Below, piece after piece: positions 9,607 to 18,317 of a stretch of 64,000 nt of DNA. The notes below the pieces were generated by a model. The model had not been told where the DNA came from and ran no database searches. It saw only the letters and a program-made list of their open reading frames with translations. The DNA comes from Candidatus Pacebacteria bacterium UBA6180 (GTDB taxonomy: Bacteria > Patescibacteriota > Microgenomatia > UBA1400 > PJMF01): assembly GCA_002422165.1 (NCBI GenBank), contig DITQ01000001.1, positions 7,919 to 71,918 of the forward strand. The letters run 5' to 3'. Position 1 is the stretch's first letter, and the number at the start of each line of letters is the position of its first letter. A program made the position numbers and the translations under genes.

Positions 9607-9620
9607 TGATTGGCGTTAAT

Positions 9621-9896
9621 TTACCAAACCTCTTTCTTCAAAGGCTTGCCGACGCGGAAGTTGACCACTTTGTGGCCTTTGACAACTTGGCGCTTGGCTT
9701 TGTCACCAAAAGGTTCGACATGTTTGTCTTTGACCTTGCTGACGTAAAAAGTGCCGAAGCCAGACAGGACAACTTTGTCACCCTTTTTGAGGCTGCGGAT
9801 AATTTCGTCGAACATGGCTTCGACTGCTTCGGTGGAAGCTTTTTTGGTGAGGTGGGCTTTCTTGGCTACCACATTGATCAAATCTGATTTGGTCAT
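9621..9896 (-). CDS. hup: DNA-binding protein HU
   Basis: 91 aa; MTKSDLINVVAKKAHLTKKASTEAVEAMFDEI...LSGFGTF...R.GRNP-like arm; HU/IHF fold. Confidence 0.9.
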   Translation of the reverse strand: MTKSDLINVVAKKAHLTKKASTEAVEAMFDEIIRSLKKGDKVVLSGFGTFYVSKVKDKHVEPFGDKAKRQVVKGHKVVNFRVGKPLKKEVW

Positions 9897-9968
9897 GAGG
9901 CCTTTCTAGATTTACTAATTAACTACTGTTTAGAGTGTACTATTTTGATTGAGTAAGTCAAGGAGGAG

Positions 9969-10358
9969 TTAAATTATTTTTAGTTGATACAGCAAGACAG
10001 TTGACATCCCCAACATATCGTAGCCGATGTCTCGCAAAGTGGGGTGTCTGCCTGGCACGGTGCCCTGGTGAAATTCATCAACCACAGCGTACAAAAGAGC
10101 GATGCAAAGGGGAATTACGTAGCTTCTAGTGTTGAGTGAGCGGTGGCTAGTTTGTTGGTAAGCCCGAAAAAGCAACAAGTACAAGACAGCGTAGACAAAC
10201 ATGTGAGCAGCTTTTTTGAAGATAAAGTCATAAACTGAGACGCTAAAACCAGGCAAAACTTCCTGAGCAGAAAGTAAGAAAATTAGACCAGCCCAGAGAG
10301 TTGGCACCAAATAGGCGAGCAAGTAATCTCTAAGAGTGATTTTTTTGGAACTTGGCAT
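9969..10358 (-). CDS. VanZ-like family membrane protein
   Basis: Four TM segments and the VanZ-type motif ...YAVVDEFHQGTVPGRHPTLRDIGYDMLG. The start was taken at the internal Met to reduce overlap with the upstream gene. Confidence 0.6.
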   Translation of the reverse strand: MPSSKKITLRDYLLAYLVPTLWAGLIFLLSAQEVLPGFSVSVYDFIFKKAAHMFVYAVLYLLLFRAYQQTSHRSLNTRSYVIPLCIALLYAVVDEFHQGTVPGRHPTLRDIGYDMLGMSTVLLYQLKII

Positions 10359-11052
10359 AGAGCAGGTAAGTAGAGGCAAAGATAAGCAACAAACTCCCGA
10401 TTATAGCATTTTTAAGCTCTATGGGGGCAGTTTTTTGACCCAGGAAAACTAGGCGACTGAGTCTCTCTTCTCTAGTGCTGGCAGCTGCTTGCAGCTGGAT
10501 TTTGTCAAGCAAATAATGGGGATATTGGCTAATCTGTAGTAGTGGGCTTGTGGCCTGAAAACCGTCGCCGTCAGTGCTATTTGGTTGGTCACCGGCAACA
10601 GAAGCTCCCTGTCCAGGTGCGGTAGTTGGACTGAGACTTGGATTTGGAGTCGGTGAAGCGCTAGCGGTTGGGTTAAGTGTTGGCGTGGGGGTGGGGGTTG
10701 GATTGATTTGGTTACGACTTGGTTCCATCAGGCTAAATTCGCTAGATGTGCCAATTCTCGCCCAACTCAGGCCTTTTTGAGTGCTGAAATAACTGAAGGA
10801 GTCTAAGACATTGCCGAGATTATCTTTGAGAACGACACTATCTTGGTCGTTGTTGAGACCGCTGACTTCGACAACCAGCAACTGATCGTTAAAATTTTCG
10901 TTGCTAAATTTGTAAATTTGCCTGGCGCTATCAAAAATGGTGTAGTTGAGTAAGTTTACTTCGAGATCAGTTTCAACCAGGAACAGCTCGATCCACTCAC
11001 TACCGCTTTCCTGGTTGGGGTGCACTTCATTGATGAAAATGGTGGGGCTCAT
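10330..11052 (-). CDS. lamin-tail-domain (LTD) protein with PT-rich linker and C-terminal TM anchor
   Basis: N-terminal INEVHPNQESGSEWIELF is the LTD hallmark (I.EV..NP...EWIEL). A PTPTPTPTLNPTASASPTPNPSLSPTT linker follows, and the C-terminus has a hydrophobic helix. Confidence 0.6.
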   Translation of the reverse strand: MSPTIFINEVHPNQESGSEWIELFLVETDLEVNLLNYTIFDSARQIYKFSNENFNDQLLVVEVSGLNNDQDSVVLKDNLGNVLDSFSYFSTQKGLSWARIGTSSEFSLMEPSRNQINPTPTPTPTLNPTASASPTPNPSLSPTTAPGQGASVAGDQPNSTDGDGFQATSPLLQISQYPHYLLDKIQLQAAASTREERLSRLVFLGQKTAPIELKNAIIGSLLLIFASTYLLYAKFQKNHS

Positions 11053-11108
11053 AACTCTATTTTGTCACGCTCAGGTTACCAGAAGCGTATCAGGCTTTAA
11101 ATTTGTTC

Positions 11109-11132
11109 ACATATAGATTATAATCAATATGT
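11109..11132. promoter_or_regulatory. 24-bp near-perfect palindrome centred on TATAAT; candidate ArsR operator overlapping the promoter
   Basis: ACATATAGATTATAATCAATATGT has 22 of 24 positions self-complementary and an internal perfect 10-mer GATTATAATC. It ends 1 nt before the ATG at 11133. Confidence 0.55.
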
Positions 11133-11414
11133 ATGCAGCCAGCTTTTTGCCAGACTTGTTTCAGTAATTTGGCCGTGGAGTCGCGGATGAAAATTTTCCT
11201 ATTTCTCAAGGAAAATGGCGAGAAGACGGTTTCTGACATCGTTAGACAATTAGACCTGAGTCAGCCAACTATTTCCTATCACCTCAAAAATATGCTATCA
11301 GCTAGCTTGCTTAATAAAAGGCGAGCTGGCAAAGCCATTTATTACACCATCAACGATCGTTGTCCTAATAACGATCGTCAATGCGCTCTCAAACAATTGG
11401 GCTTCACCAACTAA
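11133..11414 (+). CDS. ArsR/SmtB-family transcriptional regulator with four Cys (CxxC N-terminal, Cx6C C-terminal)
   Basis: Winged HTH ...TVSDIVRQLDLSQPTISYHLKNM...; the alpha-1 helix aligns as SNLAVESRMKIFLFL; Cys residues at 6, 9, 77 and 84. Confidence 0.75.
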   Translation: MQPAFCQTCFSNLAVESRMKIFLFLKENGEKTVSDIVRQLDLSQPTISYHLKNMLSASLLNKRRAGKAIYYTINDRCPNNDRQCALKQLGFTN

Positions 11415-11433
11415 TAGTTAAAAGGAATTAATT

Positions 11434-12171
11434 GTGCTTAAAATTAAAAATTTACAAGTTTCCCTAAATAAAAAAATGATTTTGGATAAAATTGATTTAT
11501 CAGTTGATTCTGGCACTACTCACGTATTGATGGGCCAAAATGGTGCCGGTAAAAGCACTCTCGCCCAAAGTATTATGGGCAACCCTAATTACACAGTCAA
11601 AGGAGAATTATCTTTTGACAAGCAAGACCTGCTGGAGTTAGATCCACAAAAGCGAGCTGCATTGGGGATTTTTTTATCTTTTCAGCAAATTTTGGAAATT
11701 CCTGGGGTAAAAATCTATGACTATTTGCGCTTGCTCCAAAAAAAGAGTCACGACAAAAAACTTACTCCACTCAAATTCAAAGCTTTTCTCAAGGAGAGAA
11801 TGGAGTTACTCAGCTTCAACGAAAGTTTTTTAACTCGTTCACTCAATCACGGTTTTTCTGGTGGGGAGAAGAAAAAATTAGAAATTTTACAGATGCTAGT
11901 TATCGAGCCAAAGTTGATTATTTTAGACGAAATTGACAGTGGTCTCGACATCGACGCCATCCAAGCTGTGGCTCGGGCCGTCAACTTTATGAAGCAGACT
12001 AAGGGCAGCTCTGTTTTAGTCATTACTCACTACTCGCGTATTTTAAGCTACTTAAACATTGATCGAGTTCACTTGTTGAGCAAAGGGCAGCTGATTACGT
12101 CTGGAGGTCAAGATTTGGTTGAACAGATTGAAAAGCAGGGCTTCAGTCAAGTTTTGGCGGGCAATCAATAA
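11434..12171 (+). CDS. sufC: Fe-S cluster assembly ATPase SufC
   Basis: Walker A GQNGAGKSTL and the ABC signature SGGEKKK; SufC-type N-terminus; followed by sufB. Confidence 0.9.
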   Translation: MLKIKNLQVSLNKKMILDKIDLSVDSGTTHVLMGQNGAGKSTLAQSIMGNPNYTVKGELSFDKQDLLELDPQKRAALGIFLSFQQILEIPGVKIYDYLRLLQKKSHDKKLTPLKFKAFLKERMELLSFNESFLTRSLNHGFSGGEKKKLEILQMLVIEPKLIILDEIDSGLDIDAIQAVARAVNFMKQTKGSSVLVITHYSRILSYLNIDRVHLLSKGQLITSGGQDLVEQIEKQGFSQVLAGNQ

Positions 12172-12174
12172 ATT

Positions 12175-13584
12175 ATGAAGCAAGCCTCTCTCAAAAAACT
12201 CAACGATTCTTACGAGGAAAAATTTGGTTTCGCTATGCCAGAGAAATCGGTGTTGAGTTTTGACTTTGGTTTGTCACCACAGATCATCAGTCAAATCTCG
12301 GACAGTAAAAATGAACCGACTTGGATGCGCGAATTTCGCTTGCGCTCCTTGGAGGTTTTTCAAAGTAAGCCAATGCCGCCTTGGGGGCCAGACCTGAGCG
12401 AAATAGATTTCGAGCAAATTAGATATTTTATTAAAGATACCGACATTGAAAGTAAAAGTTGGGATGATGTGCCAGCTGAAATCAAGGAAACTTTTGACCG
12501 CCTGGGGGTGCCGCAAGCAGAACGTGAGTTTTTGGCAGGGGTCAAAGCTCAGTACAATAGCGAAGTCGCCTATTCTTCTCTGCAAGCTGAGTTGGACGAA
12601 CAAGGGGTAATTTTTTGCTCGATGGAAGAAGCTTTGCAAAAGCATGGTGAGTTATTCAAAAAATACTTCGCCACCCTCATTCCCAGTGCTGACAATAAAT
12701 TTGCTGCTCTCAACAGCGCTGCTTGGTCTGGTGGTTCTTTCGTTTATATTCCACCCAATACTCACGTGAAAAGACCTCTACAAAGCTATTTTCGCATCAA
12801 TGCTGCTCGCATGGGGCAGTTCGAGCGCACTCTAATTATCGCAGATGAGGGTTCGAGTGCACACTATGTCGAAGGTTGCACTGCGCCAGTTTATAGTGAG
12901 TATTCGCTGCATGCGGCGGTGGTGGAGGTTTTTGTTTTGCCGAAGGCGCGTTTTCGCTACACCACTATCCAGAACTGGTCAGGCAACATTTACAATTTGG
13001 TGACCAAAAGGGCCAAAGTAATGCGTGATGCCGTCATGGAATGGGTGGATGGCAACTTAGGTGCCAAAACGACCATGAAATATCCTAGCTGTTATCTAGT
13101 TGAAGAGGGTGCTTATGGCGAAATGCTCTCGATCGCTTACGCCAAAAACTCTCAAATTCAAGATACTGGCGCCAAAATGTTGCATCTAGCCCCAAATACT
13201 TCATCTAAAATTGTCGCCAAATCAGTCAGTATCGCTGGTGGAACTAGTAATTATCGTGGCTTAGTTTACATTGCCAAGGTCGCCAAAAATAGCAAAAGCA
13301 AAGTCGAATGTGACGCTTTGATTTTGGATGAAAAGTCTTCGACTAGCACCTATCCAGACATGAAAATCTCGGGCGATAATGCCATGGTTGAGCACGAAGC
13401 ATCGGTCAGTGAGATCGAAGAAGAAAAATTATTTTACCTGATGAGTAGGGGTTTAGATAAAGCCGAAGCCATGACTTTACTGGTAGCAGGTTTCATCGAA
13501 CCGATCGTCAAAGAATTGCCACTCGAATATGCAGTGGAACTCAATCGTCTCATCGAGCTAGAAATGGAAGGGAGCGTGGGCTAA
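12175..13584 (+). CDS. sufB: Fe-S cluster assembly protein SufB
   Basis: 469 aa; conserved SufB core ...FERTLIIADEGSSAHYVEGCTAPVYS.... Confidence 0.9.
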   Translation: MKQASLKKLNDSYEEKFGFAMPEKSVLSFDFGLSPQIISQISDSKNEPTWMREFRLRSLEVFQSKPMPPWGPDLSEIDFEQIRYFIKDTDIESKSWDDVPAEIKETFDRLGVPQAEREFLAGVKAQYNSEVAYSSLQAELDEQGVIFCSMEEALQKHGELFKKYFATLIPSADNKFAALNSAAWSGGSFVYIPPNTHVKRPLQSYFRINAARMGQFERTLIIADEGSSAHYVEGCTAPVYSEYSLHAAVVEVFVLPKARFRYTTIQNWSGNIYNLVTKRAKVMRDAVMEWVDGNLGAKTTMKYPSCYLVEEGAYGEMLSIAYAKNSQIQDTGAKMLHLAPNTSSKIVAKSVSIAGGTSNYRGLVYIAKVAKNSKSKVECDALILDEKSSTSTYPDMKISGDNAMVEHEASVSEIEEEKLFYLMSRGLDKAEAMTLLVAGFIEPIVKELPLEYAVELNRLIELEMEGSVG

Positions 13585-14174
13585 TGCAAGTTGTTTTACT
13601 CGACCAGCAAGGTGATCACTTACTGCAACCGCAAGAGGATACTTTGTTTTTAGTTTTACTTGATCAACAGTTGCAACAGGGGCAGGTCAAAGTTGATTTA
13701 ACTTTTCAAAAGTCAGGAGTTAGTTGTCAACTGGTTTTCGTCGGTCGTCTGGCGCCAAACAGCAGTTGGCAGCTGGAAAGTAACATGAAACATCTGACTA
13801 ATCACACTAGCTGTTTGACTGATGTTTACTTGAGTCAGGCTGATCGCTCTAGGGTCGATTATTTCGGGCAAATTCACATCGGACGAGAAGCGCGAGCGAC
13901 TAAATCTTTTTTGACAGAGCAGAGTTTGACTTTGGGGCGTGCAACCTTCAATCGTTCTCGGCCGATTTTGGAAATTTTTAACAATAAAGTCAAAGCCTCG
14001 CACAGCGCTAGCAGCAGTCGCCTAAGCGAAACTGACCTTTTCTACTTGATGAGTCGAGGCTTGAAGCGAGATGAGGCGGAGCAGTTGTTGGAGGAAGCTT
14101 TTTTCAATAAAATTTTGGACACCATTAAGTCAACTGAGGCAAAAAAACTAATCAAGGAATATCTAGCATGTTAA
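13584..14174 (+). CDS. sufD: Fe-S cluster assembly protein SufD (truncated, 196 aa)
   Basis: The SufBD C-terminal beta-helix region; the motif ...DLFYLMSRGLKRDEAEQLL... parallels SufB's ...LFYLMSRGLDKAEAMTLL.... Confidence 0.75.
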   Translation: MQVVLLDQQGDHLLQPQEDTLFLVLLDQQLQQGQVKVDLTFQKSGVSCQLVFVGRLAPNSSWQLESNMKHLTNHTSCLTDVYLSQADRSRVDYFGQIHIGREARATKSFLTEQSLTLGRATFNRSRPILEIFNNKVKASHSASSSRLSETDLFYLMSRGLKRDEAEQLLEEAFFNKILDTIKSTEAKKLIKEYLAC

Positions 14175-15382
14175 ACGTCGATAAAATCAGAGCGGATTTT
14201 CCGCTCTTCACGCACCATCCTGATCTAATTTATCTCGACAACGCGGCCACCAGCCAAAAGCCCAAAGTGGTGATTAAGGCGCTGACGGATTTTTATGAAC
14301 GAAGCAACGCCAACGTTCACCGCGGCATTTATGCGCTTAGTGAAATGGCCAGCGCTGCCTACGAAGCAGCTCGCAGTAAAGTGGCGAAGTTTATCGGTGC
14401 CACTTCTGCGTCAGAAATAATTTTCACCAAAGGCACGACTGATGGTTTGAACTTGGTGGCTCAAAGTTACGGATTGGCTAATTTGCAAGCTGGTGATGAA
14501 GTTTTGGTTGCAGATTTCGAACATCACAGCAACTTTTTACCTTGGCAAAAAGTTTGTCAGTTAACCGGAGCTAAACTAAAATTTTTTGGCAGCGACGCCA
14601 GCGGTTTTATCTCTAAAGAGGAATGGCAAAAAAAATTAAATCAAAAAACCAAAATTGTCGCCATCGCCCATGCTTCCAATGTCTTAGGCACGATTACCGA
14701 CATCAAAAAAATTGCTAAACTAGTTCACGCTGTTGGCGCCGTGCTGGTGGTCGATGCTGCTCAGGCAGCGCCACATTTGGCAGTTGATGTCAAAGATTTG
14801 GACTGCGATTTCTATACTTTTAGCGGTCACAAAATGTTGGCGCCGATGGGGATTGGAGTGCTCTATGCTAAAGAAAAAATTCTAGAAGTCATGTCGCCCT
14901 ACCAGCTTGGCGGTGGGATGATCGAGTCAGTCAGTGAGCAGGAGGTGATTTTTGCTGTCTCTCCAGAAAAATTTGAAGCTGGCACGCCTCACGTGGCCGG
15001 TGCTATTGCTTTGGCGGCGGCAATCGATTATTTGCAGGAAGTTGGTTTAGCAAAAATTAGAGCTCACGAAATTGCTTTGAGCGAACGCTTGCTTAGTGGT
15101 TTAGCCAAAAACAAGCGAGTCAAACTGCTTGGTGAAGCGCAAGCTTCAGAGCGCACAGGCTTGGTTTCTTTTCACGTCGATGGCGTTCACGCCCACGATC
15201 TGAGTGACTATTTGGCCAAAAATAATTTGGCTCTGCGGGCGGGCTTTCACTGTAGTGAGCCACTTCATCAGAGCAGAAGTTGTGGTGCTACGCTACGCGC
15301 TTCTTACTACTTGTATAATACCGAGGCCGAAATTGACACTTTGCTTGAGAAATTAGAAGAAGCAATCAACTATTATGAATGA
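14168..15382 (+). CDS. sufS: cysteine desulfurase SufS (class II)
   Basis: PLP Lys in FSGHKM and the active-site loop RAGFHCSEPLHQ; 404 aa. Confidence 0.9.
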   Translation: MLNVDKIRADFPLFTHHPDLIYLDNAATSQKPKVVIKALTDFYERSNANVHRGIYALSEMASAAYEAARSKVAKFIGATSASEIIFTKGTTDGLNLVAQSYGLANLQAGDEVLVADFEHHSNFLPWQKVCQLTGAKLKFFGSDASGFISKEEWQKKLNQKTKIVAIAHASNVLGTITDIKKIAKLVHAVGAVLVVDAAQAAPHLAVDVKDLDCDFYTFSGHKMLAPMGIGVLYAKEKILEVMSPYQLGGGMIESVSEQEVIFAVSPEKFEAGTPHVAGAIALAAAIDYLQEVGLAKIRAHEIALSERLLSGLAKNKRVKLLGEAQASERTGLVSFHVDGVHAHDLSDYLAKNNLALRAGFHCSEPLHQSRSCGATLRASYYLYNTEAEIDTLLEKLEEAINYYE

Positions 15383-15755
15383 ACTGTACAGAAGTGAGCT
15401 GATGGAGATTTACAAAGACCCGGCGCACCGCGGTCATCTCCAACCGTGCTCGGTCAGTTTGGATAAGCAAAATCCTTTTTGTGGTGATCGCTTGCATTTA
15501 GCTTTGCAAATCAAAGATGGTGTCATCAGTGATGCCAAATTTGAGGGTGAGCTGTGTTTCGTCAGTATCATCGGTGCGGAATTTTTACTGGAAGAAGTGA
15601 TTGGCAAAAGTCTAGCTGAGGCAAAAAAAATTGACCAAGCGCAAATTTTGGCGCTGCTTGATTTAAATCTCACCACCAGTCGCATCGCTTGTGCCACTTT
15701 GGCTTTGCAAGCCTTGCAACAAGCTTTAGTTAAATATGAGGAGGCAAGTAAGTGA
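15375..15755 (+). CDS. sufU: SufU/IscU-like sulfur acceptor/scaffold
   Basis: 126 aa; ...NPFCGDRLHLALQI...CATLALQAL... carries the conserved Cys ligands of SufU/NifU-like proteins. Confidence 0.8.
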   Translation: MNELYRSELMEIYKDPAHRGHLQPCSVSLDKQNPFCGDRLHLALQIKDGVISDAKFEGELCFVSIIGAEFLLEEVIGKSLAEAKKIDQAQILALLDLNLTTSRIACATLALQALQQALVKYEEASK

Positions 15756-16000
15756 CGAGTAAGCTGCAAATTGATAAAGACACCGCCATCGAAGACTTGA
15801 TCGAAGAAAGTCCAGAGATGAACGACATCCTTTATGAATATGGATTGTACTGTGGTAATTGTTTTGCGGCCGGCTGGGACACTTTGGAAGAGGGTGCTAA
15901 AATGCACGGCTTGGAGGATGATGAAATCGAAGAATTAATTCAAGAATTAAATAAAAAAGCTGACGAAGTAAAAAATTCTCAAAATCAAGAAAAAAATTAG
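15752..16000 (+). CDS. DUF1858-like small redox protein (CxxC) with acidic tail
   Basis: ...IEDLIEESPEMNDILYEYGLYCGNCFAAGWDTLEEGAKMHGL... matches the DUF1858 pattern (hybrid-cluster-protein-associated domain). Confidence 0.55.
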   Translation: MTSKLQIDKDTAIEDLIEESPEMNDILYEYGLYCGNCFAAGWDTLEEGAKMHGLEDDEIEELIQELNKKADEVKNSQNQEKN

Positions 16001-16020
16001 TCACCAAAAGAATAAAATTC

Positions 16021-17160
16021 ATGCAGCAAGTATATTTAGACAACGCCGCTACCACCGCTCTCAAACCCGCTGTCCTGCAAGCAATGCTCCCGTATTTGCA
16101 GGAACTTTATGGCAATGCTTCTTCCGTTTATCAGTTGGCCCAAACTAGCAAGCGAGCTATCGAAGCAGCTCGGGAAAGTATGGCTTCGCTGCTTCATGCT
16201 GACAGCAAAGAAATTTACTTCACAGCCTCAGGCACGGAAGCTGACAACTGGGCGCTCAAGGGCTTGGCCATCGCCAATCAAGACAAAGGCAAACACATCA
16301 TTACTTCAAGCATCGAACACCACGCAATTTTGCACAGCGCTCACTATTTGGAAAGCCAAGGCTTCGAAGTGACTTATTTGCCAGTTGATGAATTCGGTTT
16401 GGTTCGATCAAGTGATTTGCAAGCTTCAATGCGTGCTGACACGATTCTGGTTTCGCTGATGTGGGCCAACAATGAAGTCGGCACTATCCAGCCAATTGCC
16501 GAATTAGCTAAGATCACCAAAGATCACGGGGCGATTTTTCACACAGACAGTGTGCAAGCAATCGGCAACCTCGATGTCGATCTAAGCATCGTGCCCGTCG
16601 ACGCGCTGTCACTCTCAGCTCATAAATTTCATGGTCCTAAAGGGGTCGGCGCACTATTCCTGCGAAGTGGGGTCAAAATAGATAGTTTTCTCCACGGTGG
16701 CTCTCAAGAAAGAGACCTGCGTGCCGGCACAGAAAACGTCGCTGGTATCGTCGGCATGGCCAAAGCCCTAGAATTAGCTTTGGCAGATTTGCCAGAGAAA
16801 ACTAAATCAACCCAAGCTCTTCGCGATCAACTGATCAAAGAAGCCATGGCTCTGGATCCACGAATCAAGCTCAATGGCCATCCACTCAAGCGTTTACCAG
16901 GAAATGTTAATTTGTCTTTTCCAGGGTTTGCTGGCGATGTTCTACTGATGAGCTTGGATATGCAGGGCATCGCTGCATCTAGCGGTTCAGCTTGTAGTGC
17001 TCTGTCGGTCGAACCATCTCACGTTTTATTGGCCATGGGCTTAAGTCGTGAGCTAGCAAAATCGACCTTGCGCTTTAGCCTATCAGAAGATAATAGCCAG
17101 GCCGATATCGATCATTTGTTGACAGTTTTGAGGCGTTTGCTAGGTAAGGACCAATCATGA
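16021..17160 (+). CDS. iscS: cysteine desulfurase IscS/NifS (class I)
   Basis: 379 aa; MQQVYLDNAATT...; PLP Lys in SLSAHKFHGPKG; active-site SSGSACSA. Confidence 0.9.
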   Translation: MQQVYLDNAATTALKPAVLQAMLPYLQELYGNASSVYQLAQTSKRAIEAARESMASLLHADSKEIYFTASGTEADNWALKGLAIANQDKGKHIITSSIEHHAILHSAHYLESQGFEVTYLPVDEFGLVRSSDLQASMRADTILVSLMWANNEVGTIQPIAELAKITKDHGAIFHTDSVQAIGNLDVDLSIVPVDALSLSAHKFHGPKGVGALFLRSGVKIDSFLHGGSQERDLRAGTENVAGIVGMAKALELALADLPEKTKSTQALRDQLIKEAMALDPRIKLNGHPLKRLPGNVNLSFPGFAGDVLLMSLDMQGIAASSGSACSALSVEPSHVLLAMGLSRELAKSTLRFSLSEDNSQADIDHLLTVLRRLLGKDQS

Positions 17161-18218
17161 AGAAAAAAGTTATGGTCGGCATGAGCGGTGGGGTGGATTC
17201 TTCAGTAGCGGCGGCCTTGCTGCTTGAACAAGGTTACGAAGTGGTGGGGGTGACGATGCAAATTTGGCAGGACGACAAAAAAGACGAAGCCGGATCCTGC
17301 TGTTCGCTTTCAGCAGTCGATGATGCTCGTCGGGTGGCCAACAAGCTCGGGATACCTTACTACGTGCTCAATTTCAAGGAAATCTTCGACCAAAAAGTGA
17401 TCGAGTATTTCACCAATGAGTACCTGCGGGGCAAAACGCCCAACCCTTGCATCGCTTGCAATCGTTATATCAAATTTGATGAATTCCTGAAAAAAGCCCG
17501 CGAGATGGGCATGGATTATGTCGCTACTGGCCATTACGCGACGGTGGTGCAGGAGGGTGGGCGCTATTTGCTCAAGCGTTCGGCAAGTTTAGCCAAAGAC
17601 CAAACCTACCCACTCTACAATCTGAATCAAGATCAGCTGGCACACACTCTTTTTCCGCTGGCGCCCTACGAAAAATCGGCCGTTCGGGAAATGGCTAAAA
17701 ATTTAGGCTTGGGGGTGGCCAGCAAACCAGACAGTCAAGACATTTGCTTCGTAGTTCACCATGATTATTCGGCCTTCATCGAAGAGCGCACCGGTATCAA
17801 AGTCGAACCGGGCAATTTTATCGATCAGACCGGCAAAATTATGGGCAGACACAAGGGGCTGTATCACTACACCATCGGTCAGCGCAAAGGACTGGGCATC
17901 GCCACAGGCAAGCCGGTTTTCGTCTCCAAAATTGATGTGGAAAGAAACGAAGTGGTTTTAGGTGAAGAGTCCGACATTTTGTCGACCAGCTTGATTGCTG
18001 GTGATTTGAATTTCATCGCAGTCGATGAGTTGCGCGAGCCAGTCCAGGCCAGCGTCAAAATTCGCTATGGCTCCAGAGAAGCGACGGCACTGATTGAGCC
18101 GCTAGGCGAAGATCAAGTCAAAGTTAACTTCCAAGAACCGCAGCGCGCGGTGACTGCAGGCCAGTCGGTGGTTTTCTACCAGGGCGACGTGGTTTTGGGG
18201 GGTGGAATTATTCAGTGA
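17157..18218 (+). CDS. mnmA: tRNA-specific 2-thiouridylase MnmA
   Basis: PP-loop MSGGVDSSVAA, catalytic Cys residues, 353 aa; ATGA overlap with the iscS stop. Confidence 0.9.
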   Translation: MKKKVMVGMSGGVDSSVAAALLLEQGYEVVGVTMQIWQDDKKDEAGSCCSLSAVDDARRVANKLGIPYYVLNFKEIFDQKVIEYFTNEYLRGKTPNPCIACNRYIKFDEFLKKAREMGMDYVATGHYATVVQEGGRYLLKRSASLAKDQTYPLYNLNQDQLAHTLFPLAPYEKSAVREMAKNLGLGVASKPDSQDICFVVHHDYSAFIEERTGIKVEPGNFIDQTGKIMGRHKGLYHYTIGQRKGLGIATGKPVFVSKIDVERNEVVLGEESDILSTSLIAGDLNFIAVDELREPVQASVKIRYGSREATALIEPLGEDQVKVNFQEPQRAVTAGQSVVFYQGDVVLGGGIIQ

Positions 18219-18225
18219 GTGCTCT

Positions 18226-18307
18226 ATGCACAGCATCTTTTGTACCAGCTACTTTTTTGCAATGCTGCAATGTGAGCATTGCAAAAAAGTAGGGTCCAAA
18301 ATATAAT
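18226..18307 (+). promoter_or_regulatory. repeated promoter/operator module, copy 1 (conserved 5' box, 16-bp perfect dyad, -35 TTGCAA, 17-bp spacer, -10 TATAAT)
   Basis: ATGCACAGCATCTTTTGTACCAGCT, then ACTTTTTTGCAATGCT-gcaatgtg-AGCATTGCAAAAAAGT, then AGGGTCCAAAATATAAT. The purB ATG is 10 nt after the -10. A second copy lies at 25680-25758. Confidence 0.65.
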
Positions 18308-18317
18308 GCGTTAATGG

